Under the pieces are notes generated by a model. That model ran no database searches. It had not been told where the DNA came from and saw only the letters and a list, made by a program, of their open reading frames with translations. The position numbers and the translations under genes are program-made. Positions 53,745 through 64,000 of a stretch of DNA of 64,000 bases are shown piece after piece. How positions within the stretch are numbered: position 1 is the stretch's first letter; each line of letters starts with the position of its first letter. The DNA lies in the IMG/VR virus record IMGVR_UViG_3300032313_000518, positions 1 to 64,000 of that record; one strand, written 5' to 3'. Source of the DNA: a virus.

Positions 53745-54977
53745 ATGTCGGAAAGAACAGACGCACTTGCAAATTTAGATAAAGAATTATTAAAAAAAGG
53801 TGTTGATTTGGTCACTATTGGATATGTTCATGATGTGATTTTAGATGAAACGCATCCAAAAGCCGAAGGTAATTCCGCTTATATTGGTGCTATTTTATAT
53901 TCAAATTCAACTACCATTTCTGGTGATACTGATTTATTTATAGCACTACCAATAGATAGAAATATAAAAAATTTACCAGTAAAAAATGAAAGAGTTCAAA
54001 TACATCATTTTGGTCAAAGTGAAAAATACTCTTTAATAGAAAATTCATCAAATCCATCGGTAACTGCAAATGAAAGTCAAATAGCAGGAGCTATAGCTGG
54101 TGGTTCTACTGGAAACCAACCACCACCCAAAATTGATATAGATGTAGCTGTAACTGAAACTGCAAAAACAAATACGGATACTTCTAAAAAATACAATGGG
54201 TATGGTAAATATTATAAAGGTCAAATAGGAATTCATAATTTAAAAATGTACGAAGGTGATAATGTAATTCAAAGTAGATTTGGACAATCGATACGTTTTA
54301 GTGGTTATAATAATCCAAACAGTACATTTTCACCAACAATCATTATTAGAAATAAAGAAACTTCACTAAATCAAGGTAACACCAAAGCCAAGATATCAGT
54401 AGAGGAGGATATAAATAGGGATGGTAGTAGTATAGTATTATCTTCCAATGAATACCAATTACCATTTCAGCCTGGTAATTTAGATGAAAAAGGAAATAGT
54501 GATTGGAGTGAAAATGCAAGTCCAATAAGTTGGCTGCCAGGTACATTTCCATCAAAATTGGTTGGTGACCAAATTTTAATAAATTCTGGTAGAATTATAA
54601 TATCATCAAAATCAGCAGAAATGCTTTTTTATTCTAAAAAAGATTATGGATTTATATCAGAGGGAATGCTTCACATAGATAATAAGCAAGGTATAAGAGC
54701 AATTGTTGGTGATAAAATACTTATAAAAACAAATAGTCAAGATATAAAATTTATAACAGACCAAGGAAAAATTGAATTAGGTAATATTAATTTAGAACCA
54801 TTGGTTATGGGAAATAAATTGGTAAATATTTTAAAAGATTTAATAAGTTTAATTACTCAACAGCAATATCTAACTCCATCTGGTCCAAGTGCGGAAGGGC
54901 CGGTAAACAAACCGCAATTTGATTCTCTAGCATCTAAATTAGATACTATATTAAGTGCTTTAAATAAAACATCATAA
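53745..54977 (+). CDS. baseplate hub/spike (gp5-like) protein
   Basis: OB-like N-terminus LP..NE.V; EGD..IQSRFGQSIRF; QILINSGRI; EPLV.GNKL...TPSGPS. Confidence 0.65.
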   Translation: MSERTDALANLDKELLKKGVDLVTIGYVHDVILDETHPKAEGNSAYIGAILYSNSTTISGDTDLFIALPIDRNIKNLPVKNERVQIHHFGQSEKYSLIENSSNPSVTANESQIAGAIAGGSTGNQPPPKIDIDVAVTETAKTNTDTSKKYNGYGKYYKGQIGIHNLKMYEGDNVIQSRFGQSIRFSGYNNPNSTFSPTIIIRNKETSLNQGNTKAKISVEEDINRDGSSIVLSSNEYQLPFQPGNLDEKGNSDWSENASPISWLPGTFPSKLVGDQILINSGRIIISSKSAEMLFYSKKDYGFISEGMLHIDNKQGIRAIVGDKILIKTNSQDIKFITDQGKIELGNINLEPLVMGNKLVNILKDLISLITQQQYLTPSGPSAEGPVNKPQFDSLASKLDTILSALNKTS

Positions 54978-54978
54978 T

Positions 54979-57126
54979 ATGTCTTGGGACACATTTAAAG
55001 AAACTATATTAATAGTTGCAAACAATCCTAAAAGTATACCTGATAGAAATACTGTTGCAAAACTTTATGCAAATGCATATGATACTGCTATAAAAAATGG
55101 AGGAGATACTAAAAACCAAACCCGTTTAATTAAAGGTAATGTTGAAAGTATGAGAGTAGCGTTTTTAGCTGCATTGGAAAAGGGTGTTACAACCTATGGA
55201 CCTTATGATTTAGTTGCTCAAATGGGAGATGGTGTTAAGGCATATTGGGCAAATGCTACAATGGATAAGTATCCGGTTCCAATTGAATTACCCAATGGTG
55301 CGGTTGCCAACATAAACATTGTAGAAAATAACATAATTGAGGTAGGTGAGTGGTTAGAACCACTATCAACACCATCTGCACCAAAGCCAGCAAATACACC
55401 ACCTCCTGCACCAAAACAAAACCCAAAACCTTCCGATGATTATAATTTAAGAAAAATGTTGGATGATGCTGGTTATGCGGCCATAAAAAAATATGAAGAT
55501 GAGGATGGTTGTGTTTCTTTAATAAGTGGTAAAACGGGATTGCAACTTACGGATTATAAAAAAGTTGGATGTGGTGGGTATAACCCTGGACAAGATGCTC
55601 AAGAAAGAATTATAAAAGAAAGAATAAAAAATGTATTAGGATTTGATGTTTGGGCTAAAATACCACCCATATTTAGAATGCAAATATATTCATTTATGTA
55701 TAATGCCGATTCTACTGCAGATACGGCAACTGTAAAGGGTGACAAATTCAGATGGATTGCTGGCTTGTTGCAGGCAGCAAAAAATGAAACATCTCAATAT
55801 AGAGCAAGCGTTAGAACGAATCAAATAATAAGAGATTTTGAAATACCTTATTTGAAAACATTAACAACTGCTGATTTTCAAAAAATCTATCCAACTTATC
55901 TTAAAGTTTTAGATGAGATGTACAAAGCCATTAGTGATGCTGAGTTACAATCGTTAGCAAATAAAACAACAAATGCAGAAAAAGCATTAGTTGTAAAGAA
56001 AGCATCAGGTTATAATCTTACTTGGAAAGATAGACCTTCTAAAATTCAAACACATTACGAATCCTCTATTTTTGGAAAAAAAGATAAATCACCGCAAGAA
56101 GTTGGACAAACTAATGACCCATCGAAACAAACAACGGAAGAACCAACATCTAATATTCCATTAAAATCAGGTCCTATTCCACCAACAAATAATACTTCAC
56201 TATTTGTTGATTATTTTATAAGAACCGCAATTGACCATTTAAATACAATAAAAGGAATAATTATTACACAATCAAGTTATGGTATAATTAATGGACCTGG
56301 TGTATTAAATTGGAAAGGATATACGGTAAAAGGTACTGTTCAGACAAGACAAATTATTTCAGTTGGTGATTTTACAGACAAATTAAAAGATTATTTAATA
56401 TCTCAAGGTATTGTAGAAACAGAAGAAATAGTAGATGAAAATTCAGATGAAAAGGGAGGTGATGCCGTAACCTACACAAAATATAAAGGAGGAAGCAAAC
56501 AACAAAAAAATGCAATGGCAAGTGCACTATTAAATGTACACAAAATCGGTACATATACAGATTATAAAGATTGGAAACAACCAAAGGGTAAAAATAATTT
56601 TTCAGTAGGATTTGATGTGGGACTTTGTGCTCAATGGACATTTAATATAGCTAAAAATTATGTTTTTTATCTTAATGGGTTTGGTTCAAAATCAGATGGT
56701 CCTGCTTATAGAGCAGGTGCTAATGCAAATGAACGTGGATACTGGACTTCATTAAAATTTTTAGGTTATAGATTGGATATTGATACTACGTTTGAATCCA
56801 AAGCACCTTTAGTAGCATTATTATCAGATGCTGAAAAATTTAATATAGGTGATGTTGCTGTATATTTTGGAACAGATGGTATAGAATTACCAGGTCATAC
56901 ACAAATATTTACAGGTGGATATGGTAGCGATTATCCTAAAGCCGGATATGGTACAGCAGCACCCAATCGTCCCAAGAAAAAATATTTAGAAAAGGGAGGG
57001 TGGGATAATGTTTCAAATTGGGAAACTGATGCTTACAACAACTATGGGAGTTCAATGGTTTATAGAAGTAAATCCAGTTCATCAAAAACTTGGAGATTAT
57101 TGATATTTAGAGCACCATCCAAATAA
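54979..57126 (+). CDS. tail-associated protein with C-terminal CHAP/NlpC-like amidase
   Basis: GLCAQWT...GANAN...GDVAVY...GHTQIFTG. Confidence 0.6.
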   Translation: MSWDTFKETILIVANNPKSIPDRNTVAKLYANAYDTAIKNGGDTKNQTRLIKGNVESMRVAFLAALEKGVTTYGPYDLVAQMGDGVKAYWANATMDKYPVPIELPNGAVANINIVENNIIEVGEWLEPLSTPSAPKPANTPPPAPKQNPKPSDDYNLRKMLDDAGYAAIKKYEDEDGCVSLISGKTGLQLTDYKKVGCGGYNPGQDAQERIIKERIKNVLGFDVWAKIPPIFRMQIYSFMYNADSTADTATVKGDKFRWIAGLLQAAKNETSQYRASVRTNQIIRDFEIPYLKTLTTADFQKIYPTYLKVLDEMYKAISDAELQSLANKTTNAEKALVVKKASGYNLTWKDRPSKIQTHYESSIFGKKDKSPQEVGQTNDPSKQTTEEPTSNIPLKSGPIPPTNNTSLFVDYFIRTAIDHLNTIKGIIITQSSYGIINGPGVLNWKGYTVKGTVQTRQIISVGDFTDKLKDYLISQGIVETEEIVDENSDEKGGDAVTYTKYKGGSKQQKNAMASALLNVHKIGTYTDYKDWKQPKGKNNFSVGFDVGLCAQWTFNIAKNYVFYLNGFGSKSDGPAYRAGANANERGYWTSLKFLGYRLDIDTTFESKAPLVALLSDAEKFNIGDVAVYFGTDGIELPGHTQIFTGGYGSDYPKAGYGTAAPNRPKKKYLEKGGWDNVSNWETDAYNNYGSSMVYRSKSSSSKTWRLLIFRAPSK

Positions 57127-57181
57127 ATCCCAAAAATAAACAATTTAAATATTTATATTAACAACAACGAAAGATAATCAA

Positions 57182-57688
57182 ATGAATACGGATAAATTAT
57201 TAAAAGCTATTCAAATTCTTATCAAAGAGGAGTTAAAACAACAACTCCCTGCTTTGATTAAAGAAGGAGTAAAAGCGGAAATGAAAAAGGTTTTAGCGGA
57301 AGGAAATACTAAACCGCAACCTAAAAAAGAAAGTGAAGGTTTTTCAATGGCTAAAGCAATATTGGGAGATGATACTATTAAAGAATCGCTTGAAACTAAA
57401 GTAGTATCAAACAAACAATTTAGTAAAAACCCAATGATTAACCAAATTCTAAATGAAACTGCAATGGCTCCTGTGAGCAACGATGGCGGATTTAGAACAA
57501 TGAATTTTGGACAGGGTGATATGGGGTCTGTTGTAGGTAGAACCGCAGTAGCTGAAAAAATGGGATATGGTGATTTAGCTAGAGGACCTCAACCAAGTGG
57601 ATTGGGTGTTCAAACTGGAGTGCCTGAATTAGATAAAGCATTGAATAGAGATTATTCGGAATTAGTAAAACGATTTAATAAAAAATAA
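57182..57688 (+). CDS. conserved late hypothetical protein
   Basis: SKNP.INQILNETA; ALNRDYSELVK. Confidence 0.7.
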   Translation: MNTDKLLKAIQILIKEELKQQLPALIKEGVKAEMKKVLAEGNTKPQPKKESEGFSMAKAILGDDTIKESLETKVVSNKQFSKNPMINQILNETAMAPVSNDGGFRTMNFGQGDMGSVVGRTAVAEKMGYGDLARGPQPSGLGVQTGVPELDKALNRDYSELVKRFNKK

Positions 57689-58116
57689 TGGCAGTAATAT
57701 TAGGTAAAAAATTAGTTAAAGATACTAAAAATTATAATGATTATGCAGTTGGTATAACATTGCCAATACAAATTGGAAATACTGCATTTAATCAATCATT
57801 TAGTGTTACCGAACAAGTAAAATCTAATATTAAAAACTTACTATTAACAAAGAAATATGAAAGAGTTATGCAACCTGAATTAGGAAGTGGATTGCAAGAA
57901 CTTTTGTTTCAATTTAACAATGATGATTTGGCTGGGGATATTGAAGATACAATAGTAAACGCATTATCTTTGTGGCTTCCATATGTAACAGTTGATACTA
58001 TATTGATTGAGCAGTCAAACGAATTAAAAGATATGAATTCATTAAATGTTTCTGTTAAATTTAAAATATTAAATAATCCATCTCTTGAGGTAGTAACATT
58101 TAAAGTAAGGGTATAA
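57688..58116 (+). CDS. baseplate wedge subunit gp25-like
   Basis: QVKSNIKNLLLT.K.ER.MQP.LGS.L..LLF, WLPYV. Confidence 0.9.
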   Translation: MAVILGKKLVKDTKNYNDYAVGITLPIQIGNTAFNQSFSVTEQVKSNIKNLLLTKKYERVMQPELGSGLQELLFQFNNDDLAGDIEDTIVNALSLWLPYVTVDTILIEQSNELKDMNSLNVSVKFKILNNPSLEVVTFKVRV

Positions 58117-58120
58117 TTAT

Positions 58121-60154
58121 ATGGCAATAACTACAACAAATAAAAACTTTAAAAATAAAGGAAAAGATATAAAATATCTTGGTAAAGATTTTACTAGCTT
58201 TAGAAGTAATTTAATAGAATTCGCTAAAACATATTTTCCTAAATCATATTCTGATTTTAATGAAACTTCACCAGGTATGATGTTTATTGAAATGGCGTCA
58301 TATGTTGGTGATGTTCTTTCATATTATGTAGATGATACTTTTAAAGAATCATTAATGCCATATGCAGAAGATATTCAAAGTGTAATTGCATTATCTCAAT
58401 TTTTAGGGTATAAACCAAAAGTAACGGCTCCTGCAATTACTGATATAGCTGTCTATCAATTAGTTCCATCGATTGGTACCGGTACATCAAATATACCCGA
58501 TTCAAAATATTATTTAAGAATAAAAGAAGGAATGGTTGTGGAATCAACCAATACTATTCAATTCAGAACAACTAGTTTATTGGATTTTTCAGATTCAAAT
58601 AATAGACAAATAACTGTTTACCAAAGAGATTCAAATACAGGAGAACCAACTTTTTATTTGGTAAAAAAATACGTTCAGGTTATATCTGCAATACAAAAAC
58701 AAGAAACTTTTACATTTGGTACATATCAACCATTTCAAACTATTGATTTGATTGATACGAATGTAATACAAATATATGATGTAAGAGATTCTAATAATAA
58801 CAAATATTATGAAGTTCCGTATTTAGGACAGGAGATGATATTTGTTGATGAACCAAATAATGAAATAAACGATCCTGATTTGGTTCAATTTAAAGACACA
58901 GTACCTTATGTATTAAAAACTATAAAAACGCCAAAACGATTTGTAGCTAAAGTAAATCAAGATAGTACAACTACATTACAATTTGGAGCAGGTGACCCAT
59001 CTGCTAGTGATGAACAATTAATTCCAAATCTTAAAAACGTTGGATTGGGATTACCAAACTCTATTAGTAGATTAGAAGAATCATTTGACCCAACAAATTT
59101 CTTAAAAACAAAAACTTATGGTACATCTCCATCAAATACTAATATAATTGTTAAGTATTATGTAGGTGGTGGGGTTGAATCTAATGTAGCACAGCGTACT
59201 ATAACAAAAATAGCATCTGTTGAATATGATGAAAATTCTTCAACATTTACAAATCAACAATTACCCGTTTATAATTCAATAAAAAAATCATTATCAGTTG
59301 ATAATGAAATGCCTGCGGTTGGTGGTCGTGGTGGTGAAACCATAGAAGAAATTAGACAAAATGCATTAGCAAACTTTGGCGCACAAAATAGAGCAGTAAC
59401 TGCACGAGATTATCAAGTAAGAGCATTATCTTTACCATCTAAATATGGTGGTATAGCTAAAGTATATGCAACTGCAGATGGTACATTAGATAATAATTCA
59501 CCCGCATCTATATTATCATCACCAAATCATTTACAAGAGTTTACTGATTTAGTAATGAGTTTTGTAAATAAACCTGACATACAAGAACCAACATCAGCTG
59601 TAGTTAAGCAAGAACTTACTAAATATTTAGTTGGTAAAGAATCTAATTTAAAAGAAAAAAATAATCCATTTGCAATTAATCTTTATTTGTTGGGTTATAA
59701 TTTAAACAATCAATTAACAAATTTAAATAGAGCAGTAAAGGAAAATCTTAAAACATACTTAAATGAATACAGAATAATGACCGATGCTATTAATATAAGT
59801 GACGGATTTGTTATTAATATAGGAATTGATTTTGAGATAATTACTTATAAAAATTATAATAAGAGTGAAGTTTTAACAAATGTAATTACTGAATTAAAAA
59901 ATTATTTCAATATTGATAATTGGACATTTAATCAAACTATAAATTTAAGTGAGGTTGAGTTAATGATTGCAAATATAGAGGGAGTATCATCAGTACCAAT
60001 GTTAAAAATAACAAATAAATGTGGTGGTAACTATTCAAGTAATTCATATAATATAGATGCGGCAACTAAAAGTAAGGTAGTATATCCATCGTTAGACCCA
60101 TCGGTTTTTGAAGTTAAGTTTCCGGATTCAGACATTAAAGGAAGAGCAAAATAA
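58121..60154 (+). CDS. baseplate wedge protein (T4 gp6 / baseplate J-like)
   Basis: KDF...R..L...AK.YFP..Y.DF...SPG...IE..SYVGDVLS.Y.D; FG.G; GG...E..EEIR..A......Q.RAVT..DY. Confidence 0.9.
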   Translation: MAITTTNKNFKNKGKDIKYLGKDFTSFRSNLIEFAKTYFPKSYSDFNETSPGMMFIEMASYVGDVLSYYVDDTFKESLMPYAEDIQSVIALSQFLGYKPKVTAPAITDIAVYQLVPSIGTGTSNIPDSKYYLRIKEGMVVESTNTIQFRTTSLLDFSDSNNRQITVYQRDSNTGEPTFYLVKKYVQVISAIQKQETFTFGTYQPFQTIDLIDTNVIQIYDVRDSNNNKYYEVPYLGQEMIFVDEPNNEINDPDLVQFKDTVPYVLKTIKTPKRFVAKVNQDSTTTLQFGAGDPSASDEQLIPNLKNVGLGLPNSISRLEESFDPTNFLKTKTYGTSPSNTNIIVKYYVGGGVESNVAQRTITKIASVEYDENSSTFTNQQLPVYNSIKKSLSVDNEMPAVGGRGGETIEEIRQNALANFGAQNRAVTARDYQVRALSLPSKYGGIAKVYATADGTLDNNSPASILSSPNHLQEFTDLVMSFVNKPDIQEPTSAVVKQELTKYLVGKESNLKEKNNPFAINLYLLGYNLNNQLTNLNRAVKENLKTYLNEYRIMTDAINISDGFVINIGIDFEIITYKNYNKSEVLTNVITELKNYFNIDNWTFNQTINLSEVELMIANIEGVSSVPMLKITNKCGGNYSSNSYNIDAATKSKVVYPSLDPSVFEVKFPDSDIKGRAK

Positions 60155-61224
60155 TGGCATACTATTTTTTAACAGCATCAAAAGATGCATCGGTTTATTT
60201 ACAACAGCCTAACCAAAATACTGGGCTTGATGAAATATTAGAAATTAGTAAAGTTTATTATGGTAACATAAAAGATGTTGCTAGAAGTATAATTAAATTT
60301 GATGTTGGATTTTTATCATCATCAATTTCAACCGGTACAATTGGATTGGATTCTGCTAATTTAATTTTAAGAGAAACTGAAAGTGAAGAACTTCCATTAG
60401 AATATACTATATATGCAAATCCACTTTCTGGAAGTTGGGATATGGGTATTGGTACACGATTTGATAATGTATCTACGGCTGGTGTAACTTGGAATTACAG
60501 AGAGGGTGATACTAAAAAAGACTGGTTAGAAAATAATCTTAATTTAGGAACTGATGCCAATCCAAATAATGGAACTGGTGGAACTTGGTGGACTGGTTAT
60601 GGTGGTACTCAATCATATAGTTACCAAACAGCGGATATTAATATGGATGTTAAATCTATATTAAACGCATGGATGAGTAGTTCTATTCCAAATGATGGAT
60701 TTTTATTAAGATATTCCGATGTGGTTGAAAATAATACTGAAGATTATGGAATACTTAAATTTTTTAGTAAAGAAACACATACTATATATCAACCTAAAAT
60801 TAGTATTGGGTGGAATGACCAATCATTTGTAACAGCTTCATTGACTGCTTTGACTTCCGAAGATATTAAAGTTAGTATATCTAATCTAAAAAAAGAATAT
60901 AAATTAGGTAGTACTCCAAAATTAAGAATATTAGCTAGAGAACTATATCCATTAAAAACTTTTACAAATACATTCGCTTATAATAGCGTTAAGTACTTAC
61001 CACAAACAACATATTATCAGATAAAAGATTTTTCATCTGATGATGTAATAGTACCATTTTCGGACTATTCAAAAGTAAGTTGTGATTCAAATGGAAATTA
61101 TATAAATTTAAATCTTTCAAATTGGGAGGCTAATAGAACATATAAAATAGAATTTAAAATTGAACAAAATGGTGGTGTTCAATATTTTGATAATAGTATA
61201 ACATTTGATATAGTCAAATACTAA
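60154..61224 (+). CDS. virion structural protein (DNRLRE-like domain)
   Basis: KDA.VY..PN.NTG.DEILE, RS.IKFD, W.MG.G, N.GF, FFS.ETHTIY.P. Confidence 0.7.
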   Translation: MAYYFLTASKDASVYLQQPNQNTGLDEILEISKVYYGNIKDVARSIIKFDVGFLSSSISTGTIGLDSANLILRETESEELPLEYTIYANPLSGSWDMGIGTRFDNVSTAGVTWNYREGDTKKDWLENNLNLGTDANPNNGTGGTWWTGYGGTQSYSYQTADINMDVKSILNAWMSSSIPNDGFLLRYSDVVENNTEDYGILKFFSKETHTIYQPKISIGWNDQSFVTASLTALTSEDIKVSISNLKKEYKLGSTPKLRILARELYPLKTFTNTFAYNSVKYLPQTTYYQIKDFSSDDVIVPFSDYSKVSCDSNGNYINLNLSNWEANRTYKIEFKIEQNGGVQYFDNSITFDIVKY

Positions 61225-61226
61225 AA

Positions 61227-62231
61227 ATGGTAGTAGACACTAGTGGTTTAAAAAACGAACAAAAAATTAAAGAACTTTTAATTAAAGGTTCTGAAGCAAT
61301 CACGACTAAAAATGATTTTGGTGTTCATATATTTAGTGGTTCTGCTATGGATGATGGAATCATATCTGCCAAACTACAAAAACCAAAATATGATAATTCT
61401 GAAATTCAAAAAACAGTCGATGTTCGAATAATAGAATTATTACCCCCATCCACTCCTGATGTTCCTGATACTGTTTTGAGAAGCGTATATAATCCCGTAA
61501 CTCAATCTGTAATAGATTTAACTTTTCAAGTTCAAACATTAAATGGTATTGTAAGTAATTTAACTGCAAAAGTTAAAGAAATAGAAATAGTTTCTCAAAG
61601 TTTAAAAATTGATATTGATTCAAAGGAATTAATAGTTGCAACTGCACAAAATCAAACCACACAAACAAATACAAAGATATCAACAACTGTTATTAATTTG
61701 CAAAATGCAATACAAAAAGCAACTAACGAAGCACTACAAAGAGTTTCACTTTTTGCAAGAAATCAATCGTTGCAAACGGAAAATGAAAATTTAAAAGACC
61801 AATTATTTGGAAAAGCTGCAAAAATAGCAGAAGGAGCTAAAGTTGGGCAAGATTTCTCTGTTAAATCAATTGCTAAATCTGATACAAATTTAGGTGATTT
61901 GGCATTTACTGCAAAGTGGGATGGTAATGGTGGTGTAACATGGATAAATGGGCCGGATATTGAAGTATATAATTTTACAAAAGATGCAATAACATTATCA
62001 TTTTTTCCAAGCGGACAAGTTGGTGATGTATTCTACACTCCAAGTTCAGTAACGTTACAACCATCCGAAACTAAAATTGTAAAAATAGCAACAAAACCAA
62101 ATGTTATATCTGATAAACCACCAAGAAGTGCTAATCAAGGTGATGTTACTTATACAGCTGCATTAACTGTTAAATCAAAAACATCATCAGCTACACTATC
62201 AGCTACATTTAAGAAAATAGGATTTGTATAA
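61227..62231 (+). CDS. virion protein with coiled coil and C-terminal Ig-like domain
   Basis: Heptads, then IEVYN.T...ITL...SVTLQP.ETK.V. Confidence 0.65.
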   Translation: MVVDTSGLKNEQKIKELLIKGSEAITTKNDFGVHIFSGSAMDDGIISAKLQKPKYDNSEIQKTVDVRIIELLPPSTPDVPDTVLRSVYNPVTQSVIDLTFQVQTLNGIVSNLTAKVKEIEIVSQSLKIDIDSKELIVATAQNQTTQTNTKISTTVINLQNAIQKATNEALQRVSLFARNQSLQTENENLKDQLFGKAAKIAEGAKVGQDFSVKSIAKSDTNLGDLAFTAKWDGNGGVTWINGPDIEVYNFTKDAITLSFFPSGQVGDVFYTPSSVTLQPSETKIVKIATKPNVISDKPPRSANQGDVTYTAALTVKSKTSSATLSATFKKIGFV

Positions 62232-62242
62232 ATTAAAATAAA

Positions 62243-63853
62243 ATGGCATTACAAACATTTAAGGAGGTAATACAAAACAAAGGATATAGAATTAGTTCTA
62301 AAGATAGACAAATTTTTGAAAAAGAAAATTTGCAATCTTTCTTTGGATTAAGTGATTCTGATGTAATTGAATTTGTAGTTTATGATGCAAACGATAATCA
62401 ATTATCACAAGCTAATTATGGATTGGTTAGATATATAAAATTATCAACCCAAAATATTAAAGATTATATCTTAATTCCAACTGGTACTGTTTTTCAAAAA
62501 TACAAATTCCCAAAAGAATATTTTATTGATGTAGAACGATTACTTAAAGAAGCTGGATATACAAATGGTATATTTAAAACACAAGTAACATTATTAAATA
62601 AAAGGGTTGGTAGTGGTGAAGAACCAAATAATAAATTATGGATTTCCGAAATATCACCATCTAGAACAGAGATAAGATTATATCCTCTTAAAAAAGGTTT
62701 AGAAGAACATGCTGATTTGCAAGAAAGATTTAATATATTTACAAATAATAAAAATTTTAGAGAGGATACTATATACAATATATCTACTTTTTTAGAAAAA
62801 ATAAAAGCCGATTATATAACCGAACTTATTAAAAATAAATATACGGCAAAATGGTTTGATACATTAAGAGCTGAATTTAAAATAGCAAATTTTGATGAAT
62901 TTGCTACAAAGATAAGAAATGTATTTGTACAAGCATCTGAATATGAATTTTCTAATAGATTTTCAACAATAGGACAGCCTAATTATGGACAGGTAAAATC
63001 AACTAAACAAAATTTAGATTTATCTGTATTGGATATAACAAATACTTGTAAAAGAATTTTAACAGAAGTTATAAGTCATTATTTATTGTATCCTGATGTT
63101 AAAACAAAAGCAACTTTTGATTATGGATTTAATGTAAGTAATGATTATGTTACATCCGTATTACAAAGAAATGAAAGTGATACTGTGATAAATACGTTAT
63201 TTCCGGTTCTTAGACAAACTACTATTTTAAAAGCTCCTGCTACTCCATTGGATACGGCTGTAACAAAGGAAGACCCAAGTAAACCAGCAGGTCCTGTTAT
63301 TATAATAGAACAACCAAATCCAGAAAAACCAAAAACACCAGGCACAAATAATCCATACGATGGACAAATTGATAAACCAAGCGATGCACCGCAAAGACCA
63401 AAACCACCGGTAGGAGGACCTCCAAAAGCAAATCCAATCGAAACCGACCCATTTGGAAATCCGACAGGTGGAGTTGCTGATCCTGTTCCACCACTTGGTG
63501 GCGGTGGAAATACTATTCCACCGGAGGGTGGAGCAACTACAAATCCATTGGAGGAAAATCCCGATGGAACTTTAACTGGTGGAGGAACTACTCCTACTGA
63601 TATACCTACTGCGGGTGGGGGAACTACTGGTGCACCAACCAATCCTTTTGCTGGAATTTATATACCTCCTATTCAAATAGCAATAGGTCCGCAAATACCT
63701 AATATTCCAAACCCACCATATGATGATAATCCGGTAATTACTGTACCTCCTGATAGTAATCCATATATTGATAATCCATTTACAAATCCTAGTGATTTAG
63801 GTGCAAGTCCAGTAGATGGTGGTTTGGGATATGATGGATATTTTGGAAGTTAA
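62243..63853 (+). CDS. virion/baseplate-associated protein with Pro/Gly-rich tail
   Basis: LWISEISPSRTEIRL motif; NPF/NP repeats. Confidence 0.7.
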   Translation: MALQTFKEVIQNKGYRISSKDRQIFEKENLQSFFGLSDSDVIEFVVYDANDNQLSQANYGLVRYIKLSTQNIKDYILIPTGTVFQKYKFPKEYFIDVERLLKEAGYTNGIFKTQVTLLNKRVGSGEEPNNKLWISEISPSRTEIRLYPLKKGLEEHADLQERFNIFTNNKNFREDTIYNISTFLEKIKADYITELIKNKYTAKWFDTLRAEFKIANFDEFATKIRNVFVQASEYEFSNRFSTIGQPNYGQVKSTKQNLDLSVLDITNTCKRILTEVISHYLLYPDVKTKATFDYGFNVSNDYVTSVLQRNESDTVINTLFPVLRQTTILKAPATPLDTAVTKEDPSKPAGPVIIIEQPNPEKPKTPGTNNPYDGQIDKPSDAPQRPKPPVGGPPKANPIETDPFGNPTGGVADPVPPLGGGGNTIPPEGGATTNPLEENPDGTLTGGGTTPTDIPTAGGGTTGAPTNPFAGIYIPPIQIAIGPQIPNIPNPPYDDNPVITVPPDSNPYIDNPFTNPSDLGASPVDGGLGYDGYFGS

Positions 63854-63895
63854 AAAAAATATATTTATAAAGTAATAACACATAAGAAATAACAA

Positions 63896-64000
63896 ATGCT
63901 AACAGAAGCAGAAAAAGCCGAAGCAAAACTAATTGGTCTTACAGAAGAACAATACCTAATGTTAAAAAAAAATAACACATTAGAATTGTATAAAGCTGCA
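63896..64000 (+). CDS. partial CDS running out of the window
   Basis: ATG 63896 MLTEAEKAEAKLIG...; late motif at 63861. Confidence 0.6.
   Translation, partial: MLTEAEKAEAKLIGLTEEQYLMLKKNNTLELYKAA

Noticed and set aside
1-64000. Bacterial chromosome or prophage interpretation, prompted by TBDRs, ThyA, ClpS and glycosyltransferases
   Set aside because: Baseplate genes, gp55-like sigma, Rnl1, dense tiny ORFs and uniform phage promoter motifs run throughout; no integrase, ribosomal genes or housekeeping operons are present
1-64000. Alternative genetic code (stop-codon reassignment)
   Set aside because: Known genes are full length in code 11, and TAG and TGA terminate genes at tight junctions
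63896-64000. ATGCTAAC start (MLTE...) as a ninth MLTI paralog
   Set aside because: It lacks I-x-N and the downstream pattern, and lies in the late structural region

Overview
This AT-rich 64 kb window is a segment of a large T4-like myovirus genome (possibly jumbo-phage class). Its host is almost certainly a Bacteroidota bacterium: 16 promoters fit the Bacteroidota -33/-7 pattern with an exact 20-nt spacer, there are no Shine-Dalgarno sites, and the lipoproteins and TonB-dependent receptors (TBDRs) are of Bacteroidota type. Layout: (i) 1-11.7 kb is an early accessory region with repeated promoter cassettes, two oversized tRNA-like RNAs, an array of eight divergent 'MLTIxN' paralogs, a phosphoesterase/kinase/RNA-ligase repair operon, a tiny lipoprotein packed with O-glycosylation motifs, and ClpS. 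(ii) 11.8-33.9 kb holds nucleotide, repair and auxiliary genes (helicase, dCMP deaminase, PhoH, NT5C, HD, Hsp20, UvdE, ThyA, a degenerate peptide deformylase, a gp55-like late sigma factor), a minus-strand TBDR with a structured leader, and a second structured ncRNA candidate. (iii) 33.9-51.6 kb is an unusual cell-envelope block: CsgG-like proteins, two cohesin/dockerin proteins (one with a C-type lectin), beta-barrels, lipoproteins and a lipase, plus a TBDR / beta-helix lipoprotein / glycosyltransferase / PlcP-like module that resembles a bacterial phosphate-starvation lipid-remodelling locus. (iv) 51.8-64 kb holds late virion genes (baseplate hub/spike, tail amidase, gp25, baseplate J/gp6). 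The strongest candidates for undescribed systems are the phage-encoded surface-assembly cluster, the phosphate-scavenging lipid-remodelling module, and the tRNA-mimic / paralog array / RNA-repair neighbourhood. All family assignments come from motif recognition by eye and need HMM or structure confirmation.
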